64,000 nt of DNA from Candidatus Colwellbacteria bacterium CG10_big_fil_rev_8_21_14_0_10_41_28 (GTDB taxonomy: Bacteria; Patescibacteriota; Minisyncoccia; UBA6257; Colwellbacteraceae). The translations under genes were made by a program, and so were the position numbers. This document shows positions 39,291-48,718 of the stretch, piece after piece. The notes beneath the pieces are model-generated. The model ran no database searches, had not been told where the DNA came from, and saw only the letters and a program-made list of their open reading frames with translations. The DNA lies in assembly GCA_002773755.1 (NCBI GenBank), contig PFAG01000014.1, forward strand, positions 6,634-70,633. The letters are read 5' to 3'. How positions within the stretch are numbered: the first letter of the stretch is position 1; each line of letters opens with the position of its first letter.

Positions 39291-39336
39291 GGGGGTTATC
39301 CCGGCTCCGGCTGAGATGGCCCCCTTTGGATTTTTA
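39286..39336 (+). terminator. intrinsic terminator after rnpB (CCAAAGGGGG..CCCCCTTTGG + T5)
   Basis: 10-bp stem followed by ATTTTT. Confidence 0.55.
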
Positions 39337-39362
39337 GGACTTTGCTTTTATACTTTTAAAGT

Positions 39363-40112
39363 ATGTCAAAATATTACACCCCAAAAAGAAGCAGAAATAT
39401 ATATGAGCCTGGCTCAGAAGAACCATTTAAGTTAAGTAGGTCTAAGGTAGACATGTACCTAGAGTGTCCTAAATGTTTTTATATAGATAGACGTCTTGGA
39501 GTCGGCAGACCACCAGGATATCCTTTTAGTCTGAACTCAGCAGTCGATACACTCTTAAAGAAAGAGTTCGATACTCACAGAGCAGAGAAGAGCGCTCATC
39601 CACTAATGGAACAATATGGAGTTAACGCCATTCCATATCAGCACAAAGATATAGATGTTTGGAGAGAGAACTTTACTGGTGTCCAATATTACGATCCTGA
39701 TCTTAATTTAACCCTTACTGGAGCCGTCGATGATGTGTGGGTTAACCCAAAGGGAGAGTTAATCGTTGTTGATTACAAGGCAACCTCAAAAGATGGAAAG
39801 GTATCCCTAGATGCAGAGTGGCAAATTGGCTATAAGAGGCAAATGGAGTTTTACCAATGGCTTCTTAGAAAGAACGGTTTTGATGTTTCAGACACGGGAT
39901 ACTTCGTATATGTAAATGGAAGAACCGATCTTGAAGCTTTTGATGGAAAACTAGAATTCGAAGTTGATCTAATCCCATACACAGGGAATGATTCTTGGAT
40001 TGAACCAACTCTGAAAGAGATTAAAGAATGTCTGGATGGTGATGCCATCCCTAAATCCCACGAAGATTGTGACTACTGCGGATACAGAGAAGCAGTAAAT
40101 GACGTAACCTAG
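39363..40112 (+). CDS. PD-(D/E)XK nuclease family protein with Cas4-like Cys cluster
   Basis: IVVDYKATSK (D..D/ExK), N-terminal C..CxxC and C-terminal CxxC (ECPKCF, CDYCGY). Confidence 0.6.
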   Translation: MSKYYTPKRSRNIYEPGSEEPFKLSRSKVDMYLECPKCFYIDRRLGVGRPPGYPFSLNSAVDTLLKKEFDTHRAEKSAHPLMEQYGVNAIPYQHKDIDVWRENFTGVQYYDPDLNLTLTGAVDDVWVNPKGELIVVDYKATSKDGKVSLDAEWQIGYKRQMEFYQWLLRKNGFDVSDTGYFVYVNGRTDLEAFDGKLEFEVDLIPYTGNDSWIEPTLKEIKECLDGDAIPKSHEDCDYCGYREAVNDVT

Positions 40113-41098
40113 TTTTCTAGAAGGTTACTTAGAACCTCTATCAGCTCCTCTTTAACCTCTGCTAAACTTTTATCCTCTACCACAAATGCGGCTGCTCTTT
40201 CGTGACCTCCGCCTCCAAAATGTTTCGCTGCTTTTTGAGCTACCGGAACATGTGCACGCATAGAACACCTTATTAGCTCTCCCGTATCACTTAAGGTTGC
40301 AGCTACCTCAACTCCTTTAAGCCACTGAATGTCATAAACAATTAGGTCAGAGGGTCTTAGCCTGCTCTCATATTTATCCATCTCCTCCTTAGTTATCTGA
40401 ACTATCCCTATAGTTCCATTTCTATACAACTCGATTCTATTAATCAGTTTTGCTTTATATTTGATTAGATCTAGGTCATATCCAGCAGCTCTATCATGAT
40501 TTCTCTTTATCTCATAGATACTGCTTCCTAGGGCCACTAACTCAGATACACTTCTTAAGTCTTTTTCTTTAACTCTTGGAATCGTCAAAAAGAGAGTGTC
40601 TAGCATAATGGAAGTCATTAACATATCTGCTATCTCTTTATCTATCTTCCAGCCCAGCTCTTTTGCTATATCAAAAACCATCTGTCCCGTTGCTGGAGCA
40701 TCTGGGTCAATTATTTCTAAATCAGAGAAGGGGATTTTATTATCCTCTTCAGGAATATGGTGATCTATTATTACAAAAGGTCTCTCTTCAAATAGCTCTC
40801 TATATTCGTTAAGTGATATGTCTGCCTCTTTTAGTCCTCCTGCATCTACTAAGATGGCTAAATCGAAGTCTGTAGGGAATTGATCCGTAACCTTTTCTAT
40901 ATTAGGAACAAAAGACAGGTTCTCTTTAATCTTTTGAGAAGTGTAAACGATTGCCTCTTTTCCCATATCCTCAAAAATCCTCTTTAAAGCTAAAGCTGAT
41001 GCAAGAGAGTCGGCATCAAGTTTATTAGGCTGAGGGAATACTATTTTTTTAGAATCTCTAAGTATCGTCTCTAACTTCTTCGATTTCTCGGTATACAT
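40109..41098 (-). CDS. nrnA: DHH/DHHA1 phosphoesterase (NrnA-like oligoribonuclease/pAp phosphatase)
   Basis: DHH motif (VIIDHH), DHHA1 GGGH at C-terminus. Confidence 0.7.
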   Translation of the reverse strand: MYTEKSKKLETILRDSKKIVFPQPNKLDADSLASALALKRIFEDMGKEAIVYTSQKIKENLSFVPNIEKVTDQFPTDFDLAILVDAGGLKEADISLNEYRELFEERPFVIIDHHIPEEDNKIPFSDLEIIDPDAPATGQMVFDIAKELGWKIDKEIADMLMTSIMLDTLFLTIPRVKEKDLRSVSELVALGSSIYEIKRNHDRAAGYDLDLIKYKAKLINRIELYRNGTIGIVQITKEEMDKYESRLRPSDLIVYDIQWLKGVEVAATLSDTGELIRCSMRAHVPVAQKAAKHFGGGGHERAAAFVVEDKSLAEVKEELIEVLSNLLEN

Positions 41099-41610
41099 TA
41101 CTTCTTAATCTTGTTAAGAATTTTGTAGGCGGATTCCTTAATCAGTTTTATCCCTTTGAACTTCTTAGACTCATCTATCTTCTCAATTAACTTAAATGGG
41201 TGAAGGTTGTGATAGTTTCCAGTAATTGTACTCTCTACCTTTTTATCTAAAGGACTTGGGATAGCTTTCTTAATATGATTCTTTATATGAGATGGAGTAA
41301 ATAGATATACAGAAGCTATATCATTCTTTCCACTAATTTCGTTAAGATGCTTTTGAAGGATTTTAATGAAATCATCTTCCAGCTTCTTCTTATTTTTTTC
41401 TAAAACAAAACCGGCGCCAATAGTTCTACCAAACATTCCTTTTTGCATAAAGCCCTCTTTATCTGAATAGCTTTTCTCTTCAAGTTTGAAGTGGTCAATC
41501 TCATCAATATCTCCATCATGAGCTAGAAAAAATTTTGACTCTCTAGTCCCAGAAACGATCAATAGAGCTTTCTGATTTTTAAATTGAGATAAATCTTGAG
41601 ATATATTCAT
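41098..41610 (-). CDS. hypothetical protein, translationally coupled upstream of nrnA
   Basis: Stop/start overlap ATGA with nrnA; Lys-rich 170 aa; no motif recognised. Confidence 0.5.
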   Translation of the reverse strand: MNISQDLSQFKNQKALLIVSGTRESKFFLAHDGDIDEIDHFKLEEKSYSDKEGFMQKGMFGRTIGAGFVLEKNKKKLEDDFIKILQKHLNEISGKNDIASVYLFTPSHIKNHIKKAIPSPLDKKVESTITGNYHNLHPFKLIEKIDESKKFKGIKLIKESAYKILNKIKK

Positions 41611-41716
41611 ACTTTTATATTAATAATTCCTTCTCTCAAAAGCAAAGTATCCCGGGTGACTTTATGCCAAAATTACTCTTTGTTCTCCATAAGATCTTGG
41701 TGTAATATGTGTATAT

Positions 41717-42079
41717 ATGGTAAATCAAAATCATTCTCCGCTAACAGATATTCTAATCACGTGGTTAGTCTCAAGTTTAGTCATCTTGGCTGCAGCATAT
41801 ATCCTACCCGGAGTAACGGTAGATACATTTTTGGCTGCGCTAGTAACAGCTATTGCCTTAGGAGTGGTTAACGCATTCTTAAAACCAGTTCTAATCCTCT
41901 TAACCCTACCTATAAACCTCCTCTCATTGGGACTATTTACCTTAGTTATAAATGCGGGATTAATTATGCTAACTGCCATTATCGTCCCTGGATTTCAAGT
42001 AGATGGATTCCTTTGGGCACTACTTTTCGGAATAGTACTTTCGCTAACATCTGCTCTTCTACCAAGTAGTAGGGGATAG
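41717..42079 (+). CDS. small 4-TM membrane protein (DUF360 / phage holin-4-like)
   Basis: 120 aa, four hydrophobic helices, pattern reminiscent of DUF360 family. Confidence 0.45.
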   Translation: MVNQNHSPLTDILITWLVSSLVILAAAYILPGVTVDTFLAALVTAIALGVVNAFLKPVLILLTLPINLLSLGLFTLVINAGLIMLTAIIVPGFQVDGFLWALLFGIVLSLTSALLPSSRG

Positions 42080-42146
42080 AGACTTTTTCTTTTGAGGTTG
42101 ATGGGGTTGCTTATACCCCATTTTTCGTCTTAAATGGTTAAGGAAT

Positions 42147-42217
42147 TGCCGGATGGTGTAATGGTAGCACGCCAGGTTCTGGCCCTGGAAATTGGGGTTC
42201 GACTCCCTGTCCGGCAG
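42147..42217 (+). tRNA. tRNA-Gln (anticodon CTG)
   Basis: Cloverleaf: acceptor TGCCGGA/TCCGGCA (U1-A72), anticodon loop TTCTGGC, T-loop TTCGACT, discriminator G; CCA not encoded. Confidence 0.8.
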
Positions 42218-42294
42218 CAAAATAGGGATTCCAAAGTAACAAAAGAGGCCCTATGAGAGAAGAGTGCACTGCACCCTTTTTTATTTTAAATATT

Positions 42295-43788
42295 ATGTCA
42301 GAGAAAGGAGAAGTAATAGCAAGATTCAATAATGTATCTTTCGAGTATAGCGCTAATAAGCCCATACTAAATGAGGTTAGCTTTAGTGTACGTTTGGGAT
42401 CAAAGATGACACTTATGGGGCAAAATGGTGCTGGAAAGAGCACCTTATTCCAGCTTATTACAGGAGAACTTGTCCCCGCTGAAGGAAATGTGACCCTAGT
42501 GCCAAGGCTCTCTATAGCAATCTCTCGTCAAGCTATTCTCCCTGGGGAACTTAATCTGACAGTACGAGATTTCTTTCAAAAATGTTTTGTTGAAAAGGTG
42601 TATGACATTGATCCACGTATAGATAAAATTTTAGATGTAGTAAATCTACACGCACCCAAAGAAAAACTTATTAAAGATTTTTCTGGAGGGCAACAGGCAC
42701 GACTTCTTTTAGCATCTGCTCTAATTCAAGATCCCGACTTGCTACTTCTTGATGAGCCAACAAATAATTTGGATAAAGATGGTATTGCCCATCTGACACA
42801 GTTTCTGATTGACTATAAGAAAACAATCATCGTAATTTCTCACGATGCAGATTTTTTGAATGCATTTACTGAAGGGGTGTTATATCTTGATGTTTTCACT
42901 AAGAAAATAGAGCGATATGCAGGTAACTATATAGACGTGGTAGATCAGATTTCAGCACGCGTAGAAAAAGAACGCAGAAAGAATGCGGCGCTTGAAAGAC
43001 ATATTCAAGAGAAGAAGGATAAGGCCAACTTCTTTGCGAATAAGGGGGGTCGCATGAGGATCTTAGCTAAACGTATGCGTGAAAGTGCAGCAGAGGCAGA
43101 GGCTGAAAAAGTAGATGTGTGGCGTGAAGATAAGGCCATTCGAAACTTTAATATAGATGTTGGACAGAGCCACATTGGTGAAGTCTTGAACATAAAATCA
43201 ATTTCCATTATTAAAGATCATAAACCAGTTAGATGTGTGGCTAACATCTCTTTAGTTAAGAAGAGGCATCTACTTCTTGTTGGGCCAAATGGAATCGGTA
43301 AAAGCACGCTACTCGAGCACCTAGCAAATGACACGGAGGAGGGAGCAAAAATCGCAAAGGGAGTAAGGGTTGGTTACTATCGACAAGACTTCTCAATGCT
43401 TAATCCCGAAGAGACTGTATATATGACCCTGAAGTCGGCAGGAGACGAATCGGACGAACAGAAACTGCGTAGTACTGCAGCGGGATTTCTTATCACAGAC
43501 GACATTATGCGCACAAAGATAGGAAGCTTATCTGAGGGACAAAAAGGTCTCGTTGCATTTGCGCGGCTCGTATTGATTAAACCCAACTTACTTATATTGG
43601 ATGAGCCTACAAATCATATAAACTTCCGTCATTTACCCGTTATCGCAAGAGCACTTGATCAATATGAGGGGGCGATGATTCTTGTCTCTCATGTACCAGA
43701 ATTTGTTAAACAAATCCGCATTGATGAGACCCTTGATCTTGAACAACTGAAGCCAGCTAAGGAGCCTAAGAATAGTTTAAAAAACTAA
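42295..43788 (+). CDS. ABC-F family ATPase (two tandem ABC domains, no TMD)
   Basis: Two Walker A (GQNGAGKST, GPNGIGKST) and two LSGGQ-like signatures with linker. Confidence 0.8.
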   Translation: MSEKGEVIARFNNVSFEYSANKPILNEVSFSVRLGSKMTLMGQNGAGKSTLFQLITGELVPAEGNVTLVPRLSIAISRQAILPGELNLTVRDFFQKCFVEKVYDIDPRIDKILDVVNLHAPKEKLIKDFSGGQQARLLLASALIQDPDLLLLDEPTNNLDKDGIAHLTQFLIDYKKTIIVISHDADFLNAFTEGVLYLDVFTKKIERYAGNYIDVVDQISARVEKERRKNAALERHIQEKKDKANFFANKGGRMRILAKRMRESAAEAEAEKVDVWREDKAIRNFNIDVGQSHIGEVLNIKSISIIKDHKPVRCVANISLVKKRHLLLVGPNGIGKSTLLEHLANDTEEGAKIAKGVRVGYYRQDFSMLNPEETVYMTLKSAGDESDEQKLRSTAAGFLITDDIMRTKIGSLSEGQKGLVAFARLVLIKPNLLILDEPTNHINFRHLPVIARALDQYEGAMILVSHVPEFVKQIRIDETLDLEQLKPAKEPKNSLKN

Positions 43789-43848
43789 AGAATACACTAA
43801 GAGTGATGGTACGCTCGAGGAACCCAGCAATCTGATATACTTTGATTA

Positions 43849-45096
43849 ATGGACACTAAGTCTATCACTCACGATATTACCTATCACCCCAATAAAAGGA
43901 TGGATCTTTTTCGGGCCCTTGCCGTAGCTGAACAGGAAGCCATCTTCGAACACCTCTCTCCCCATGTACGTCAGAGCATTTTAGTTAACCTCAAGGACGG
44001 TGAGATGATTGATCTATTGGACCAAATGGATCTACAGCAAGCAGAGAATACTCTGGCTGTTCTAAAAGATGAGCGACGCAGGAAGAAGTTGATTAATAGG
44101 GTCAAAAGTGAGCTAAAAGAAAAGGCAGAGTATTTTTTACGATTCCACCCCAAAGCAGCAATTTCACTTCTAAATTTCAACTACCTCCTTCTTGATGGTG
44201 GCACTAACATTAGCCATGCAGCAGATGCTATAGAAGAGCACTATAAGGAGATCGGCAAACTCCCCGAAGTCTTAGTCCACGAGGACGGCAAGCTAGTTGG
44301 AGAGATTCCACCATCAGCTCTTATTCGTGAAAGCAACAACAAACTCGTTAAAAACTTTGTGAATCCAGTAAAGACCATCTCTTATCAGGCAGAGATTCAA
44401 GAGATTGCCGATCTTTTCAATAAAACCAAGCACAGCAAGCTGGCCGTCCTAGACAGAGATGGAAGTGTCATCGGAATTATATACTCAGATGATGCCCTCG
44501 CTTTAATAGGGGATAGGTCAGCCAGATTTTTATACGACTTTGCTGGTGTTGCTGATGTGGAGCGTTCTTTTGATAGTGTGGGAAGTAAGGTAAAGAATCG
44601 CTACAAGTGGCTGATTATAAACCTAGGGACTGCTTTTTTGGCAGCATCTGTAGTGGGACTATTCGAAAATACCCTTAGTCAGTTGGTAGTGCTCGCTATA
44701 TATATGCCTGTTGTAGCGGGTATGGGAGGTAACGCGGCAACTCAAACATTGGCCATCATCGTGCGAGGCATAACAATTGGAGAGATAAGCCTAAAAAACA
44801 GCCTACCCGCTATATCAAGAGAGGTTGGAGCTGGATTAATAAATGGTGCTATCAATGGTTTAATAGTGGCCTTGGTCGCCACCTTCTGGAACGGGAGCGT
44901 CCTTTTGGGGCTTGTCCTAGGAGTTGCAATGATTGTGAATCTTGTTATCGCAGGCTTTTTCGGTGCTCTCATCCCTCTTGCCATGAAGGCTTTAGGAAAA
45001 GATCCAGCAACCTCAGCCACCATCTTCATAACTACAGCTACTGATGTTTTTGGATTTCTAGCTTTCCTAGGGTTAGCAACCATAGTTTTATTGTAA
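43849..45096 (+). CDS. mgtE: magnesium transporter MgtE
   Basis: MgtE N-domain, CBS pair, C-terminal TM domain with GGNAATQ motif. Confidence 0.85.
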   Translation: MDTKSITHDITYHPNKRMDLFRALAVAEQEAIFEHLSPHVRQSILVNLKDGEMIDLLDQMDLQQAENTLAVLKDERRRKKLINRVKSELKEKAEYFLRFHPKAAISLLNFNYLLLDGGTNISHAADAIEEHYKEIGKLPEVLVHEDGKLVGEIPPSALIRESNNKLVKNFVNPVKTISYQAEIQEIADLFNKTKHSKLAVLDRDGSVIGIIYSDDALALIGDRSARFLYDFAGVADVERSFDSVGSKVKNRYKWLIINLGTAFLAASVVGLFENTLSQLVVLAIYMPVVAGMGGNAATQTLAIIVRGITIGEISLKNSLPAISREVGAGLINGAINGLIVALVATFWNGSVLLGLVLGVAMIVNLVIAGFFGALIPLAMKALGKDPATSATIFITTATDVFGFLAFLGLATIVLL

Positions 45097-45182
45097 TTTC
45101 ATCAAAGAATATAGCTAAATAAGAGAACTCCTGATATAGTTTATTGCTCATGCCTCTAGTGCATGACTTTTTTTATAAAAAC

Positions 45183-46946
45183 ATGGGAATAAGAAACATA
45201 GCCATAATCGCCCACGTTGATCATGGGAAAACAACCATAACAGACGCTCTCATGCGCCAAACTGGTGCAACCTCTGGTGAGTCAGTCAGCATGGATAGTA
45301 ATGCGCTTGAAAAAGAGCGTGGGATCACCATATATGCCAAAAATGCATCTATGTTCTATAAAGACACAAAAATCAATATCGTTGACACTCCAGGGCACGC
45401 TGATTTTGGTTCTGAGGTTGAAAGAGTTCTCAGATCAATAGATTCAGTATTGTTAGTAGTTGATGCTAGTGAGGGACCAATGCCGCAAACTAAGTTTGTT
45501 CTAAAGAAATCTCTAGATATAGGGCTAAAACCACTTGTAGTTATTAATAAGATAGACAATCCCGCAGCAAGACCTGAAGAAGTTCACGAAGAGGTGCTCG
45601 AACTCTTTATGGATCTTGGTGCGAGCGATGATCAGCTTAATTTTGAGACCGTATACACAATTGGTAAAGATGGTATAGCTAAGAAAAAGCTTGATCAGGA
45701 CTCTAAAGATATGACGCCTCTTCTTGATGCTATATTAGAAAATATCGAACCAGCTCCATCAGAATCGGGTAAAACCCTCTTAATGCAATCATTCAACCTA
45801 GATTATGATGACTATCTAGGTCGCCTTGCTATAGCTCGAATATACGAAGGAACCGTAAGAAGTAAGGATCAGCTATTTATTAAAAGAATAGATGGATCTG
45901 TCCAAAAAGGTACTGTTACTAAAATATTCACCTTCGAAGGCTTCACTAGAAGAGAGGTTGATTCGGCTGCGGCAGGGGATATCGTGGTAATAGCAGGTTT
46001 CCCAGGTGTATATATTGGAGACACCATGACAACGGATGAATCCGCAGAGCTTCTCCCACACATTGCCGTTGATGAACCAACCATCTCCCTAGCCTTCATG
46101 GTTAACAACTCTCCTTTCTCGGGCAGAGAAGGAAAGTTCGTCACAACCTCTCAGATAAAAGAAAGATTAGAAAAAGAGTTAGAAGTTAATGTTGGTATCA
46201 AAATAGATTTTTCTCAATCAGATCAATATACGGTATATGGTCGTGGAGAAATGCATATAGCCATTCTCCTTGAGAATATGCGTAGAGAAGGATATGAGCT
46301 TCAAGTCTCTCAACCGCACGTAATTCTAAAAGAAGAAGATGGAAAAACTCTTGAGCCATTTGAGGAGTTGATAGTAGATGTCCCCGAAGAACTCACAGGA
46401 ACTGTAATTAAAAAGGTTTCTCAAAGAAAAGGTGTGCTAGCAGAAATAAAGAAGCTTCAAGTCGAATCTAGACTAATATTTGAAATCCCAACCAGAGGTC
46501 TTTTAGGTTTCCGCTCAGAACTATTAATAGATACACGCGGTGAAGGAGTAGCCTCATCAAGAGTAATGGGCTTCAAACCGCACGTGGGTGAAATCAACCG
46601 TCACGAAGTCGGTTCAATGGTATCGATGGCAACCGGCAAATCTTTGGGGTATTCGTTATTTAATCTTCAAAACAGAGGAATTTTATACATAGGACCAAAC
46701 ACAGAGGTCTATGAGGGTATGGTTATAGGAAATGTTAGTAAGGGAATAGATATGGCTGTTAATCCAACCAAAGGAAAACAGTTAACCAACATGAGGGCTT
46801 CTGGAAGTGATGATGCATTAATCCTGACACCACCATTAAAGTTAACCCTAGAAAGAGGATTAGAGATAATTGCAGACGATGAGCTCCTAGAAATAACTCC
46901 TCAGGCAATAAGATTGAGAAAAAAGGTACTAAAACAAAGGGTTTAG
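45183..46946 (+). CDS. typA: translational GTPase TypA/BipA
   Basis: [24 protein letters not shown]; EF-G-like domains. Confidence 0.9.
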   Translation: MGIRNIAIIAHVDHGKTTITDALMRQTGATSGESVSMDSNALEKERGITIYAKNASMFYKDTKINIVDTPGHADFGSEVERVLRSIDSVLLVVDASEGPMPQTKFVLKKSLDIGLKPLVVINKIDNPAARPEEVHEEVLELFMDLGASDDQLNFETVYTIGKDGIAKKKLDQDSKDMTPLLDAILENIEPAPSESGKTLLMQSFNLDYDDYLGRLAIARIYEGTVRSKDQLFIKRIDGSVQKGTVTKIFTFEGFTRREVDSAAAGDIVVIAGFPGVYIGDTMTTDESAELLPHIAVDEPTISLAFMVNNSPFSGREGKFVTTSQIKERLEKELEVNVGIKIDFSQSDQYTVYGRGEMHIAILLENMRREGYELQVSQPHVILKEEDGKTLEPFEELIVDVPEELTGTVIKKVSQRKGVLAEIKKLQVESRLIFEIPTRGLLGFRSELLIDTRGEGVASSRVMGFKPHVGEINRHEVGSMVSMATGKSLGYSLFNLQNRGILYIGPNTEVYEGMVIGNVSKGIDMAVNPTKGKQLTNMRASGSDDALILTPPLKLTLERGLEIIADDELLEITPQAIRLRKKVLKQRV

Positions 46947-46952
46947 AAACCC

Positions 46953-47060
46953 TTGACATATATATAGCAGTTGCTATAATACACTCGTTCATTAAAGACT
47001 CCGGTCTTTGATGGACATATGAAGAAATCGCCTCCGGGCGATTTTTTCACGTCTATAGAT
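46953..47060 (+). repeat. 108-bp module copy 1: consensus promoter (TTGACA-16-TATAAT) + ~60-nt hairpin RNA + intrinsic terminator
   Basis: 103/108 identical to 48715..48822; -35 46953-58, -10 46975-80, terminator AATCGCC-TCCGG-GCGATT + T6 ending 47047. Confidence 0.75.
46987..47048 (+). ncRNA. candidate small RNA (copy 1) with two stem-loops exposing CUCCGG / CCUCCGGG
   Basis: Predicted from promoter and terminator; hairpin 1 AAAGAC-UCCG-GUCUUU, hairpin 2 is the terminator. Confidence 0.45.
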
Positions 47061-47068
47061 CTCAGTTT

Positions 47069-47965
47069 CTAATCGAAGATACTAATTAGGTATTCATCTA
47101 TACCCCTTTGGCTCATATCATAAAACCCGATCCCTTGTTTGTGTAATTCCTTAGCAAGCTCTACTCCGACAAACCTCCAATGCCAGGGTTCGAATATGTA
47201 ATAGCTGTTGTCCTCTGAGTAGGATAGGACAAAGCCGTATTTATAAGCATTCTCTTGTAGCCATTGGTAGGCTTCTGTATCTCCAAATCCATTTAGACCT
47301 CCTCCCAAATTCTTAGTTGTGAAATCAATAGTTGTTCCAAGTTGGTGCTCTGAATATCCCTGATCAGCAGAGAAGGCATTGGCGCCACTGCCATATGTAA
47401 TTGAGTAACCCGACTTAAGTGCTCCTTGAGTGCCATATGATCTATATGCAGAAACTATCCACAAAGTAACCCCATCGTCAGCAGCATCTTTTATCACATC
47501 CTCTAAATAGGGAAGCACCTTAGCATGAACCTCTTTGGGCTTACTTTCATCATATAAATAGGTGAGGGGAATATTATCTAAATCTTCTGGTACGTAATGT
47601 TCATTCAAGAAATAAATCTTAGAATATTTCTGAAGAAGTTCTTCGTCTGTTTTGCTAAGCTTATCTAATATAAAAACTTGACCTGCGATATCTTCGAACT
47701 GGTTCCTAAGTTGGCCAACATATTCCTCCTTATCATTCAACTCTGCAGAAAGGTTTTCTTTCTCTTCTTTGGTTGTCTCTAGATTCTCAGTAGTTATACC
47801 AAGTTCGTCCTCTAGTTTAGCAACCCTGCTTCTTAAAGAGTCATTTTGAGTATCTAAATCAACATATTGGTAATATCCAAAACCAATAAAACCAAGCAAT
47901 ATGACTATCACTCCAATTAAGATTCCCATAGGAATAAACCTCTTTAGATTCTTAATATCTTTCAT
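47069..47965 (-). CDS. M15B (VanY-like) D-Ala-D-Ala carboxypeptidase, membrane-anchored
   Basis: SAYRSY..SEHQLGTTIDF VanY-type motifs; N-terminal TM + coiled coil; start placed at internal Met (track ORF extends to 48076). Confidence 0.65.
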   Translation of the reverse strand: MKDIKNLKRFIPMGILIGVIVILLGFIGFGYYQYVDLDTQNDSLRSRVAKLEDELGITTENLETTKEEKENLSAELNDKEEYVGQLRNQFEDIAGQVFILDKLSKTDEELLQKYSKIYFLNEHYVPEDLDNIPLTYLYDESKPKEVHAKVLPYLEDVIKDAADDGVTLWIVSAYRSYGTQGALKSGYSITYGSGANAFSADQGYSEHQLGTTIDFTTKNLGGGLNGFGDTEAYQWLQENAYKYGFVLSYSEDNSYYIFEPWHWRFVGVELAKELHKQGIGFYDMSQRGIDEYLISIFD

Positions 47966-48041
47966 CAACCAAATTCTATCACAAACAGTTGTATAGATAA
48001 TATTTTGTATAAGAACACGCACTCCCTTATAATAAAGACAG

Positions 48042-48431
48042 ATGAAGGGATATATAGACAATATAGAAAAAGTCACTAAGGAAAATAACGCGTATAGAAA
48101 AGTTCTATATACGGGTAGATACAGTCAGCTAGTTGTAATGAGTCTTAAGCCAGGAGAAGAAATTGGTAATGAGGTTCATGGCCTAGACCAATTTATACGA
48201 ATAGAGCAGGGGACTGCTAAAGTAATTTTTAACAATAAAGATGAGCATGAAGTATCGGATGACTGGGCGATAGTTATTCCAGCCACAACCTGGCATAACG
48301 TAATTAATATTGGTGATAATGATTTAAAGCTCTATTCAATCTACTCACCCCCAGAGCATAAAGAAGGGACTGTTCACGAGAACAAAGAAGATGAACAAGA
48401 GGAGCACTTCGACGGAGAAACTACAGAATAG
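48042..48431 (+). CDS. cupin domain protein
   Basis: Cupin motifs G(X)5HXH-like (GNEVHGLDQFIRIEQG..), acidic tail. Confidence 0.55.
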   Translation: MKGYIDNIEKVTKENNAYRKVLYTGRYSQLVVMSLKPGEEIGNEVHGLDQFIRIEQGTAKVIFNNKDEHEVSDDWAIVIPATTWHNVINIGDNDLKLYSIYSPPEHKEGTVHENKEDEQEEHFDGETTE

Positions 48432-48436
48432 CTAAA

Positions 48437-48718
48437 ATGATGAAATTCTTATGGGTTTTAGTTGGATCGCTAATGCTCATCGTCATGGGCCTATATCTCA
48501 TGCCCTCAAAAACATCCGCTCCAGTAACTCCATATATGGACTTTGATTTTGGAAGTAAGATTGTATATACAACCGATCTCCAAACACCAAAAGAAGCTCT
48601 TATAGAACATTGCGACTTGAGAGGAGGAGTATTTAATGAGTGTGGCAGTATATGTGAGCCGGATGTATTTACTTGCGCCTCAGTATGCGCCTATACATGC
48701 GAGGGAATAGGGGGTTGA
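48437..48718 (+). CDS. small secreted/membrane-anchored Cys-rich protein (93 aa, 6 Cys in last 40 aa)
   Basis: N-terminal hydrophobic segment, C-terminal CxxxC-rich region; stop codon TGA lies inside the -35 of repeat copy 2. Confidence 0.45.
   Translation: MMKFLWVLVGSLMLIVMGLYLMPSKTSAPVTPYMDFDFGSKIVYTTDLQTPKEALIEHCDLRGGVFNECGSICEPDVFTCASVCAYTCEGIGG

Noticed and set aside
42138-42443. 101-aa minus-strand ORF
   Set aside because: Overlaps tRNA-Gln and the 5' end of the ABC-F gene. No RBS. Spurious.
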